Source of the DNA: Tubulanus polymorphus
Lineage: Eukaryota; Animalia; Nemertea
NCBI RefSeq assembly: GCF_964204645.1
Contig: NC_134026.1
Span: forward strand, 27,562,150-27,626,149
Direction: 5' to 3'
Length of the DNA stretch: 64,000 bases
In this document: one piece after another, positions 12,981-25,276 of the stretch
Position numbering within the stretch: the stretch's first letter is position 1
How the letters are laid out: each line of letters starts with the position of its first letter
Notes under the pieces: model-generated
Databases searched by the model: none
What the model saw: only the letters and a program-made list of their open reading frames with translations
Told to the model about the DNA's origin: nothing
Translations under genes and position numbers: made by a program

Positions 12981-14122
12981 TTATTTATTAGGAATACAAC
13001 CAACTGAAATGCCATTATAATTCATTGCAGTCTGTATTAAAACATTCCCATCACTTTCGCGTAAACCACCAGGAAGAAATTCCGGAGTCAATTCCCGAAA
13101 AGTCACCGCTAAACGACGGGCTTCAATATGATGTCGATGGATTCCATGTTTCCACTCATAACGCGCTGGTCCGTACACTACCAGTAATGATCGGCGTGGT
13201 AATGGCACTAAAACTTCAATATCAGAATTGTCACGAGTCATCGATAAATAAGTGTCAGACAGAATATTCAAAGTCACTAACTTTTCACCCCATAGCCAAA
13301 AGTCATCAAAATGTGGATCAATTGCTGAACCACGCTCGGGGGTATATTCTAAATTGCACAACTCAATCGGGATAAAGTTTTCTTTCAGTAATGGTACACG
13401 CTTAAATCGTTCAACTAATGCTTCACTAAATGGTGGAAATCCAGAAAAAACTTTCATCTGTAATTTCTTTTTCTTGAAATTCACTTTTGGACCATAATCC
13501 TAAAATTGAAGCATATCAATATCACATTAGTACTGATTGATAGATGCAGCAGTATTCTTTAAGTTTTGCATTTGATATTTTAGATTTGGAAAAGTGGATT
13601 CTCTATAATACCTGCTTTCTTCTTCCAGATTGGGAATCAATCCATTGAACTTGGTCAATTTCTGCGCAAATTTTTGACTCCTCAATATCATCAATGAAAT
13701 CTTCTACCAGTTCAATACCTGGAAATTCTATTGAAACATCTGAATGATCGGGATGTTTGTTAACACATGATGGCGTTAGAAGAAATCCATTTTTGCAGAT
13801 ATTACAGTACACAAATTCTTTTTTAGCAGCATCCTGAAATTGAAAAATTTATTACATTAAAACCCCTTTCAGTGGCAGGCCTATTCCAAATTCATACAAG
13901 GGCTAAACGGTCGAGATGCTTAGACAATAAATAAATGGTTGAGATTGAATTGATTTACTCAGTGAAGGCTACCGGTCGGTAGTCCGGTACTGTGTAATAA
14001 ACAGTTCTTACGTTAAATAGTGTTCTTTGACTTTGTTGATGCTCATTTCCCACTAAAGGGACACATTTATTTTCACAAATCAAACAGGTTCTTATCCCTT
14101 TACAAGCACATATCGTTGCCAT
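12981..14122 (-). CDS. ALKBH4: Alpha-ketoglutarate-dependent dioxygenase AlkB homolog 4 (3 exons)
   Basis: MATICACKGIRTCLICE (exon 14012-14122), SQSGRRKQDYGPKVNFKK, CNLEY..RGSAIDPHFDDFWLWGE, WKHGI, RLAVTFREL. Confidence 0.95.
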
Positions 14123-14341
14123 CAGAAGCAATTTTAATTTTTTGTCATGCTTTCATTCAGAAATAATTTCGGCTCGACGCCCTTGGAGTAATATGGCAAC
14201 AAACCCTTTTGAATTTGAGTTGAATTTGGTAGTAACGACTACAATTCGAAGCTCCACAGCGTGAACAAAACTAGATGCCGCTCCATTTATTACTGTTCAG
14301 GCCGAATAAAGCATCTATTAAAGACCCCAAATGATATCATA

Positions 14342-16794
14342 ATGTCAGAATCACGCGAGTATATCGTAGTTTCAGCCCCTGGTAAAGTCATATTGCATGG
14401 TGAGCACGCAGTTGTTCATGGAAAGGTGACTTTTTACGCCGAGTAGAATTTGTCTCTTTTAGGTGGCGCCACCGTACGGTTTCAATCCCATTGATTATTT
14501 ACTAGGCCTATGCCTACGTCGTTCTGATCTTGGTTTCCTAAGACTAAACGTATTGTTTGTTCAAATTTAAGCACATTTTGTCACAATTGATAATGAATGA
14601 TGAAAACCAGTGGTGCGATACCAAACCAGTATCAATGACCAACCCCAGTGTCACTGTCAAAAAGAACAATGTTTTTTAGGCCTACACGGCTACAGTGACA
14701 CTGGGGTTGGTCATTGTATTGATACTGGTTTTTATTCATTCACCATCAAGACTAGTCCCTGCGCATATAGGACTTCATATAACCTCACAACCTTCAACAG
14801 CATTGAAATGCTGCCCGCACACACTGCTAAGTAGCCAGCTGGACCAATACTGGCTTAAAGTTGTTTCACCTTATCACACTTATCATTAGATAACTATATG
14901 AATGATAACCAACAGATACAATGATTGCACAAATAGCACAATAGATACATTTTGTTTTTTTTCGCAGATGGCTTTAGCTGGAAGCTTGAACCTCAGAACT
15001 TCAGTGCGTCTGAAGAAATCGGCATCCACTCAATTAACAGCCGTTTTCACCGACATTGGTCGTTTAGGAATATCTTGGCCGATGAATGATGCGTTTATTC
15101 AGCTGTTCAACTCTCATGCAGGTATGTTTAAATGTACCTATTCTTTGAAGGGCTAGAATGCCCAAATGCTGCAATTGTAACCAGTACTTTTTTAATTTTA
15201 GGTGATCCTATGAAGCCTTGTCCACCAACTGATGACGTCTTAAAGAGCCTTTTTCAACTGATGGATATCCCAATGATGTGTAAAGACACGCATGATTTAG
15301 CTGTTATATCATTTCTTTATCTTTATGTGGGAATATTGGGGAAGTTAAGGTATTTTTGATTAGATTGTCACTGAACTAAAGTAGAAAATTAAAGCCTTTT
15401 GATTACCTATAGTTAGTAATTCAGAACAGTTATTGATTTATTGTTTCAGTGATCCTCCTGTATTAGATATCGAAGTTCGTTCCCATTTACCGACTGGCGC
15501 TGGTCTTGGTTCCTCTGCTGCTTATTCCACCTGTTTAGCTGGTGCTTTGTTGTTGTATTGTGGTGCTATTCCACAACGACCTGTTAGCCATGATTACAAT
15601 CAATCTACTGTTCAGTGGACTAAACAAGAATTAAACCTCATCAATTCCTGGTCCTATCAGTCGGAGGTGATACTTCATAAAAAACCTTCTGGGATCGACA
15701 ATTCAACTAGCACATATGGTAATTGAGAATTGGTTAGTCGAATTTGCTCTATTAAAACACAGAATTAAATCGATAAGCCCTTGGTTTAAGTTTCAAATTG
15801 TGTTTTATAGGTGGTTCTTTATCATTCCAGCTGGGAGATATGATGCAGTTGGGCAAGTGAGTGCTACTTTATTGTGTCCATTACACGCTCGTTCATTCGT
15901 TCCTTCGTTCCTTCATGAGAAAATGTTAATATTTAATTATCACATATATTTTTAGCATACCTCAAATAAGGATTCTGTTAACTAACACTGGAGTTGAAAG
16001 AAGTACTAAAGAACTGGTAACAAACGTATTCAAGAGATGTGAAAATGTATGTATTTTATTACCAGAATATTCAATTAGTCGGAGGAATTTTATCTTTATG
16101 TACAGTTGCGTCTAACTTAATATTTGTTTTAGTATGTAACAGTGATGGAGCCAATTTTACAAGCCATTGATGCAATATCACACCGTTGTCAAATTCTTCT
16201 AACTGACTATTCCAAGACGGAATCAAATATCGAAAAAATATACTGCGAATTACAAGTATGTGGACACTAAACAAGTGCATAGAAAACGAAATCCCATAAT
16301 ATGTTGAAGTTGATAAGTACTTTTAATTGTTGGATAGATTTCACTCTCCTATATTTTTTGCGGTTTAGCGAGATGATATGCAGTTAGCCCTTCGGTTAGA
16401 ATTGTCTATTTATTTATAGGAATTGGTCGATATAAATCAACATTTACTGGCATCATTAGGAGTAAGTCATCCGTCTATAGATCAGATTTGTGCAGTTACA
16501 AAGCAGTATAAACTGAGTACTAAACTAACGGGAGCTGGAGGTGGAGGTTGCACATTAACATTGATTCCACCAGGTTAGTTTATACCAGCCATACTCAGAG
16601 AAGGAATGTATTCAATAAGGTTAAGAATTTCTATGTACTATTTTGTAGAATTTCCAGAGGACAAATTGAAGTGTTTGATTGAACAGATCAAGAAATTAGG
16701 TTGTGATTGTTTTGATACAGTAATTGGAGGCCTAGGAGTTCTACAACATCATCCAGATGATTGGAAATACTTGACTGGTGCTTTGAGTTACTGA
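14342..16794 (+). CDS. MVK: Mevalonate kinase (GHMP kinase), ~9 exons
   Basis: [63 protein letters not shown]. Confidence 0.95.
14623..14731. repeat. Inverted repeat in MVK intron 1
   Basis: 25-bp perfect arms caatgaccaaccccagtgtcactgt (14633-14657) / acagtgacactggggttggtcattg (14692-14716), extended by aaaccagtat/atactggttt. Confidence 0.75.
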
Positions 16795-16946
16795 ACTATG
16801 TTTCAAAAGTAGTCATTTTAATGTTATCGCGCTTGGTGCCATATATTTTATCTAGTTTTAACGTATGATTTATGTATGAATTTTACTTAAAGTTTTCTAA
16901 TAAAAATGATTATTCAAAGTCAGATTTTGTCATTATTTACTTTATA

Positions 16947-16965
16947 TGGACACGAGGTGGCAGCA
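16947..16965 (+). promoter_or_regulatory. Candidate CTCF site between MVK 3' end and ZSWIM7
   Basis: TGGACACGAGGTGGCAGCA closely follows the CTCF core consensus (TGGCCACCAGGGGGCAGCA-like). Confidence 0.5.
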
Positions 16966-17095
16966 CTGGTACAGTACAAGACTCAAGGTTGTGGGCTGGA
17001 CATAAAATTCGAATGGGCTACTAACTACTATTATAACCAATAACCATTCTATCCACTTGTTAATTGCTGGTTTATGAATGATAATTGATAGAAAT

Positions 17096-17981
17096 ATGAT
17101 GAATGAAACTATAGAACAACTCCTGAATGAGGTTTCAAGAAATCATAGAGAGCATGGAAGATGTAGGTTTGCACAGGATCCACCGGTCTCAAACCATCCG
17201 TGACTGATATGCATTCATAAAAAACAACCATACATAACATAGTGATAAAGTCGTTCATGATGAAATATTGAATTTTATTTTGAATTTCAGTAACAGATGA
17301 AGTCTTATCGGCGTAAGTTGTCATTATGTATATATGTTTGATATCTGTGCATAATTTTGATCTGATTGATGTTTTTACTACTAGGATTTATCTTCATGTA
17401 TGTTTACAGCCTTCGGTTTGTTTTCCAAGCACCCTTACTGTCTGCTCTTGATCTTGTTGATAAAGAAGCTGTCACAACCTTGGAAAGTCCTTCAGGAAGA
17501 AAAGTCTATCAGGTGCCGATTAAACTTGATACTTTAGCCCAGTTCCTCTTAATCCTCTTAACTATTAATTTAATTGTATATCTTTCCAATATATTTACAG
17601 GTTGTTGGCACTTCAGGCACACCCTACACTTGCTATGAGAATAGTAACTTCTGTTGTTGCCCTGCATATAAATTCTCAGGTATCCATTTAGTTATTCAAT
17701 TACGGAAGTACCTGTATTGATATTGCAATCAACTGTCACAATTTTAATTTTTTACAGTGCTGAAGAAGAACGATCACATCATGGTAAATATATATACCCA
17801 AATAATTCACTGAATCAGTTTTCCCTGTTTAAGCTCACTGATTTCCTTCCTCAATATGATGATTCTATTTCAGTGCAAACATGTTTTAGCCATTGAGTTA
17901 AGCAATCGTTTGGAAAAAACTAAACGAGAGCAAGTGAATAACCAAGAACTCTGCAACATCATACAACAAATAATGAATTGA
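17096..17981 (+). CDS. ZSWIM7: Zinc finger SWIM domain protein 7 (Sws1, Shu complex), 6 small exons
   Basis: MMNETIEQLLNEV.. LTDEVLSALRFVFQAPLLSALDLVD..SPSGRKVYQVVGTSG..FCCCPAYKFSVLKKNDHIMCKHVLA (CxC..CxH SWIM); TGA 17979-17981. Start is approximate. Confidence 0.9.
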
Positions 17982-18282
17982 AATATGTTTTTATCAGTAA
18001 TACATGTACTTGTGTCTTTTTTATTCCTTGTAATGTGAATATTATAGATCTATAGACAAATGAAATCGTTTTTTGAGTGGATTGCTAACTAATTACAAAA
18101 TTTTGCTCTGAAAATACGTAATATAGGTTGCAAATTTACTGAATTAGTTCTTCAATTAAAATTGTATACATTATAGATGTACATTGAATTTCTCAATTTG
18201 TTCTTGCCCTTAATTTTTGGCCATATATTATTCTTAAAACGTTTATAATAATCGATACTTAACAACATATATACTAGTATAT

Positions 18283-19512
18283 CTATGCGTGTTTCTTGAT
18301 GAAAGTACTTCGATATTCAATTTTAGTGAGGTTCCAGCTTTCACGATATTTTTGGCTTAATGGCGTCATGTCCTCCAGCTCTAGGTGTTCAATATCACAG
18401 TCTTTACCTATGTGTGAATGAGAAGACAAGACTTTTAAGTTGAAGAAGATTGAATTGATAAATAAATTCCCTTGAATAGAATACAATTACCATATAATTC
18501 TTCAATACGTCCATTAGGTACACAATGAGGTGGACCCCCATAGCGAGTGGGATCATACAGGTATGTGACTAATAAACAATGACAGTCCTTGGCCATAGAT
18601 GCAATCATTAGTTCACTATATCTACAAAATATAAACGTTATATGATGCTACACTGAAAAACAGCGATCATCAAACATACAAGTTTTCATACGTACCTCTT
18701 TTGGTCTACTTCATTTATAGCTACAAATGCTCCACGGTCAAAAATAACATCAAAATCAAATTCGATTTGTCTAAAATTTTCAAAAAAAGTATTAACAATA
18801 CATGTATCGGTGAATGCTATAGGTAAATGGCCAAATATACGTATTTTTGGAATTTTTTTGCAAATGTTCATACTTCTCCATAAATTTAAAAACATCACAA
18901 ACATAAATCCGCAGACGATTGTCAGTTGTCTATACAAAAAAAAATTGAAATTAGTGCTGTGGGTAATTTCATTAGACATACGATTCAGCCAGAAAGTGCC
19001 AGCCTACCTTATAACAGGCTCCATTTACTTCAGGAACCTCTTCAATAGTGTAGTCATATTTTTCTTCAGTAAAGAAACGCTCAACTGCCTTCTTTATGAA
19101 CTCTACACCGACTACATGGTAACCTTTTTCATAAAACCTGCAAAAGCAAAAGACTTGCACTATTTATATTTATGAGATTACTCACATAGGGCAATACCAT
19201 ACTTGACCATTCTGCTGGAACCAACCATTTCAAATCATTTGATCTACCACACATTGGTAGGTAAACTTTCGAGTCTATCTTCCGGGTTGCTAGAAGTTTA
19301 TCGGAGTTTTTAACCAGAACACTGAAAATACCAAATAATTGCTTTAATTTATCTGGCACAGCATCATTACTATGTTTTTTAGATACAGATTATGAAGGAA
19401 AACCTACGGATTTGGCTCATTAAGGTGAAACCCTTGAACTGGAGCATCCCATTTTTGTTCCCAGTCACCTGTTCCCAATATATTAGACAACGCTGGCTTG
19501 TCTGCTGTATCT
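18283..19512 (-). CDS. TPMT: Thiopurine S-methyltransferase-like unit 2 (no own start codon; probably C-terminal domain of a fused gene)
   Basis: DWEQKWDAPVQGFH, VYLPMCGRSNDLKW, VVGVEF, FDVIFDRGAFVAI, YDPTRYGGPPH; first exon 19408-19512 starts at an acceptor with an in-frame upstream TGA and no ATG. Confidence 0.85.
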
Positions 19513-19969
19513 CTGTAAATAATGATATCTGTAGTTCATTGAGTGCGTGAACAATGCATGAGAAATTGCACCTACTGAAAACGTGAAGCCTTAACAGAAT
19601 GTGATTTACACCGCTGTAAAAAGAGGGATTGGGATCAAATGGAATGAAAGGTGTTTGGTAAATCATACCTTACTGTGAGAATTGTGGTTTGAATCGTCAG
19701 TTTTTGGAGGCTAGAAATAATGTAATATACATAACACAAGTAGTGTGGGTTACTATCACTGTGTCAGTATTACAACTGGTGTTAGATCCTCAGCACTGTG
19801 TATAGTTATGATCATACTACATCTATGGGGTACAACTGATTATTATGCTATTGATATAAATTAAAGGGAGCAGAGCAGATTAAAATGTAGGCAAAGGGAA
19901 AACTTTATTGTGCAATCTATACTGCGATGTATGAAGCGGCGGATAGACTCAAGCATGAAGTGGTAATAC

Positions 19970-21520
19970 CTACCTTTTCTTGACGGATTGTAACCTGATA
20001 TCAAAACCCATCAGTGGTGCCCAATCTGCTGGAGCTAGTTCTAATGTTTCAATATCACAGACATCACCTGAATAAAGGGGAAATAACTTCAATCTTTGAA
20101 GTTGCTACAAAATATATACTGAAGTAATAATGATTATATTTACATACCATATAATTGATTCATCTCTGTTCCATTCATACTACCATAAAGAGGAACTAAA
20201 AAAAGTATGAGTATTATATAAGTTTAAAATGATGTCTATCAATGAAAAAGTATGGAATATGAGATCTGACACAATTTACCTCCATCTTTTTCATAAAAGT
20301 ATGAAACGATATAATAAACTCCACTAGGATCCAATAACGACTTGATTATTTCACTGTATCTGTAATCCACAACATTAAGTACATGAAGAAGGGAATCGAT
20401 ATTCCATTAATTTGAGGTATTCATTTATTAATGTATTTTTACCTGGTTCTGTCTGATTCAGCTAAACAGATGAATGAGCCTCTATCCCAAATTAAGTCAA
20501 ATTTACCTTCTAAGTTGCTGTAATGAAGAATCCATAGGAATTGTTACATTTATCAAATCACGAATATAAAGCGACGAGGCTTTGACTAACCTTGTGAAAT
20601 TGTAGAAGTCACAGCAGTATATTTTAATTTTTCCACAAGAACTCTATTAAAATAAGAAAATTTTTAAATCATAAGAATCAGATCAAATAATTTAAACACA
20701 TTACTTTTTGACAACACCAATCTGACCTTGTATAACTTTCCCTTGACTTCAGGTACTTCAGTCACAGTGAATTCTAAATTCTGTTCATCGAAAAACTCTT
20801 TTACACCTTTTTCGGCATACTCCACTCCGCAAACACAGTGCCCTTTATCTGCAAGCCTAATAGAATGTCGAATAGGAAGGAGTCAATAAAGGATTACGAT
20901 AATGATACAACATACCAGGGTATATACCTGGTAATGATTCTTACCATTTCATATCCACAGATTTTCCACACATTGGGAAAAATACTTTCATAACAGATTT
21001 ATTTCCCAAAATTCTGTCAAAGTATTTGAGCAGCAAACTACAAAATAATAAAATGTATACCATTATTCAACATCCAACTTGAAGCATGACCTGCGGGTGT
21101 AGGGTTGACTTTGCATCTAACAGCTTGCGATCAGTTGCATATGAGAAAGTAGGTCAACTGCAACGCAACAGTGCGACTAGTTTCAGTCGCAACAGCAGCA
21201 TGTGTTAGTTGTAGCTGGATAGATGGTTGCATCGCAGAAACTAGAACACATGCAACTCATTGACATTGAGACTGACAGGTCTTTGGTGACTTAATCGACA
21301 ATGGTGGTAGCAGAGAATCGAGTTATAAGGCCGACCTACAACAGCCGCCGTTATGATCTTTCTTAACTTCTATTCAACTGCCTAAAACTTACGGATGAAC
21401 ATGATCTCGATGGAATCCAATATCACCTTCTTCCCATGATTTTACCCAATCATCAACTGTCATATCTGGCAGTATTCCTTCCTCTGGCTCAGCTTTTTGC
21501 ACATTTGTATCTTTAGACAT
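19970..21520 (-). CDS. TPMT: Thiopurine S-methyltransferase-like unit 1
   Basis: MSKD..DWVKSWEEGDIGFHRDHVHP, VFFPMCGKSVDMKW, CGVEYAE, CCDFYNF, FDLIWDRGSFIC; ends KKR-TAG (19972-19970), overlapping an AG|GTAGGT donor. Confidence 0.88.
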
Positions 21521-22217
21521 GGTAGCGGTTACAGTAGGAATGTATGATATGGTGCACTCGACCGCCCCGGATTGTTGTCAAATTCGTTTTCGTATAGATA
21601 ATAGTAACGACGTACTTTTTAGCTTAATATTTAAGGACTAAATTTTCGAGCAAATATTCGCTGGACTTATCTAATCTATGAAGATTGGTAGGGGCTGGAT
21701 CGTCTCTCGGGACTGGCCAATGATAAGAATTCGTATCGTATCGTAAGGACAAATGTTGCTATGATAAGAAAAACGCAAGAAAAACTCAATTCAGTAAATA
21801 AGAGGCAACGACCTTGAGATCGCAGTAAATGTATATAGAATTGAACTGTTTTCTTGTAGATGGCGCCAGCACGCGTTATACGCTGCCCGCCCGCGGTCCG
21901 GTTAATCCGGCCGGCGTATCATCGTGTCATTCAAATTCTTTTATTTTTCATTCGAAAAGATTGATGCGTAACCTGAAATGCAGTGCAGTTACCCTGTATA
22001 TAGAGATCGACGATTAACCTGTCCGCTTCGGAGCCCGACCGGCCGATGGACTCGGCCTTTTAGACTACTCCGAAAAAAGAAGATCTCTAAATAGTCAATA
22101 TATCAATAGTTGCTTTATTGCTAAAATTACATATACCTTATAATTACATATACATATACATAAAAACATATACCACACATTGATGTTTTAACTACAAAGT
22201 AGAACTTATATATTTAA

Positions 22218-23301
22218 TCATTTATGATGATAGGTTATTTCAATGGTCATGTTCTGAGAATGAATAGGTTCTTCTGTGGAATCATTTATTTGTTTTTTAC
22301 TGATATTGGACTGTTTCAAAGTCGATGTATTTCTTCTTGTTTTTACTTCTGTAAGCATTTTCTTGCCGACAACCTCCGGAAGACTTTTTTCGTTAGAGGA
22401 CGATGAATTAGATTTAAGGTAGAAACTTTCACCAACAGTTTCGGAATTCTCTGTGCTATTTTGCGTCGTGTTGTTCTTTGCTTTGAAAACGGTCTCATTT
22501 AATTCCGGAAATAAGTCATTCATGTGATAAATTTTTTTCTTGTTTGTCATCCTATGCTTAATTTCCGGAGTCGGTTTTTTATTGAAACCATCACTTATGT
22601 TTTGAATTTGATGACGATATTGACAATTCTTGACATCTAGCGGAATTGGAGGCAAAGGAGTACATTTTGTGCCTACGATATCAATAGGTCTAGCGACGCG
22701 AGGGACTTTAGGTATTGGCAGCGGATCATCAGACTTTTTCTCCGTTGTTACACTGATTCCTGGTAAAATATCTTTTACTGAAAACGATTCTCTTTTTCCA
22801 ACTTGTCGTAGGATCTTCGACGGTGGCATCCGGTTGTCTAGCGGTTTATGAAATCTAACGTACTGATAATTGCAGTTTTTTAAATTTGAAATCAAAGGGG
22901 GCATTATTTTCTTTTTGTTGACCCGCGGAAAATACTTATCTAAAGAAAGAAAATATATGATTACGTAGGCAGCGATTGGAGAAAAATTCGATGAAATTAT
23001 AAATCGAATACCATATTTTACCTTGAAGACGATTTTTGTTTAGATAATTAGACAAGTCATCTAATACATTTTGTCTCCGCATATCTGAAGCCGGCTAATT
23101 AAGAACATGGGAAAATACTTAATATCTACACTTGGCAACTCAAATACGCAAATGAAGTTTGACATTATATACCTGGAACACGTTTGGTGCTTTGGGGGTT
23201 ATGTGTGGTAGAACTAAAGTCACTGAATTACCACCGCCAGTAGAATGAACAAATGATTGCTCTCCAGAAATATATCGTGATAACATCGTGTCTTCACACA
23301 T
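22218..23301 (-). CDS. Orphan basic, Lys/Pro/Ser-rich protein (3-4 exons); start uncertain (23301, or 23536 via an extra exon)
   Basis: Phase-compatible exons ~23173-23328, 23022-23093 and 22218-22940 join into one frame (..VLPHITPKAPNVFQ|PASDMRRQNVLDDLSNYL..|KYFPRVN..MPPL..); 228-aa terminal ORF. Confidence 0.65.
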
Positions 23302-23528
23302 CCCCTCGATTGCGTTGATATCAAACCTCTGAAAATGTTTGCATATTTAGGAAAATGTTGCCGACTTTTGCTTGACTATCGCGTGTAATTACTGCATAGA
23401 GCAGAAACACTAACCATTAAAATTCGATTCAAACATCTCCGACGACAACGCACTCCTCATCCGCCTAACTGACATTAAGAACACCAAAGATCATCAACAG
23501 CCCCCCTCCGACGGGGTCTGACGACACA

Positions 23529-23583
23529 GTTACCATCGAAAACGTATTGCCAGGGGAAACTAATTAACCGTTAACATGGCAAC
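23529..23583. promoter_or_regulatory. Cluster of RFX X-box-like motifs
   Basis: GTTACCATCGAAAAC (23529), TTGCCAGGGGAAAC (23547), GTTAACATGGCAAC (23570-23583). Confidence 0.5.
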
Positions 23584-23950
23584 GTTAGACAAAGGTTGGG
23601 GTAGATAAACACTATCATTGCTCTATCCGTAATGGCACTACAATGTGTAACCATTTCATATAATGACGAGAATCTTCCAAAAAGTTCATGTTTTACTCAA
23701 AGCTAAACAGAAAAAATTGATAAATTAGATTTCTAAAGGAACATTAACGCGACATAATCATATTGCGAAAGGGTTTCGTCAAATCGCTACAGTTCACTAT
23801 TAAAACAACTATAGTTGTCAGCACGTGTTGATAATCACACGATTTATCAAATCTCACGCGATAAAATAGAAAATACGTATCTCTCAACAACGTCAGAATT
23901 TGTCATTCATGTGGAATAATTAAATCCCGTCGCAAAAAAGCCAAGACATA

Positions 23951-24604
23951 ATGATGATTGCGGGAAGCTTCGTGTTCCTTCTAATTGGGATAAATTTTGT
24001 CTTGGGCAATGGCCCTGTACCGACAGGTAGACGCACCAATGAATGTCTTATGAATATTCCTATTCAAGCTATCATTTTTTCAGACATGCCTTTGATTTTT
24101 TTACTGAATAGGTTATTTCAACGTAGTCACGTGTACAAAAAAAGAGAAAGCAGATTTATACATTATTGTATTTACAGTTGTTATCAGTGGCGTGTTTATG
24201 GAAGGAGAATCTGGTGCATCCGGTGGAGGGAGCGAGGATTTGGAAATAACGACTAATCCTCAACAAGAAATTATACCAACACCAGCTCGAGGTACAAATA
24301 ATAAGATTCTTAACCAACCAATTCACTGAGTTCACAGAGGTATCAGATTTTAATCAGTCAATCATTGAATTCAATAGTCCAGGCTAAATGCATATTTTCT
24401 TTTTTTTCAGTGACGTGTCCTGTTCCATTCCGTGACAATTCCATTGATTACATGATTGAAGTTGGATTTATATTCTATCTTCCCGGAACGAGAATTCATT
24501 ATTTCTGTAATAACGAAAATCACATCATCATGGGAGATCCAATTTTAACTTGCAAACCAGATGGCCAATGGGACAATGAATTTCCTTTTTGTGTACTGGG
24601 GTAA
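23951..24604 (+). CDS. Small secreted protein: signal peptide, acidic Ser-Gly linker, single sushi/CCP domain
   Basis: Exons 23951-24026, 24178-24291, 24411-24604, all phase 1; CCP pattern C-P..G..I.Y.C..I.G..LTC..DGQW..FPFC. Confidence 0.85.
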
Positions 24605-25276
24605 AAAGCGCGAATCCTCGAGCAATATATCAATTTGATATTCTGTACCACTTGCCGGGAATTCTAGAATTTATATGTATTATTGCCTTGTATTCGCGTT
24701 CGTAATATATTTCGTATACACGTTGCGTGGGAAAAATATACGACAATTCTTATTTTACTAAACCGAATTTACAATGTTTGCTATTTGATATGCGTATATT
24801 ATTTGCATCTTCAGAAATGTTAACTAAACGATGAATTGAAGTTTGCCGTTATATTCTCAAAATTATGTCACAATATCCGAGATTGAAAAATTCATGAGAC
24901 ACAGTTGCAGCATCAGCGGTACAAAATGAAAGAATTTGATGAATACTTTAAAATCGTAATTTTATGGGCTGTGCGTTTGTTGGTACGTATGTATTCCATA
25001 TCGTGTCTGTAATACTGATGTATATAAAGCAGATATATCCATACGTTCTCTGTATTTTCATGAATTGTATCGACAAGCTCGGGTCACACCTTTACAGTTA
25101 TCAGACTGATTCTCTCCAAGGTCACACACACCTTGGAGTTACACCGAGGACACACATCGCCAGAACATCCCGTTAATGTTTTTTTTGGAAATTTGAATTA
25201 TTCGCAAAACGACTGTTATCCTCTATCCCATGTCCGTCCACAGAATAATTATCACGACCAGGAGATAATCCATCCT

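Noticed and set aside
17679-17757. ZSWIM7 intron starting GTATCCAT, resembling a U12 donor
   Set aside because: Mismatch to RTATCCTT and no TCCTTAAC branch site.
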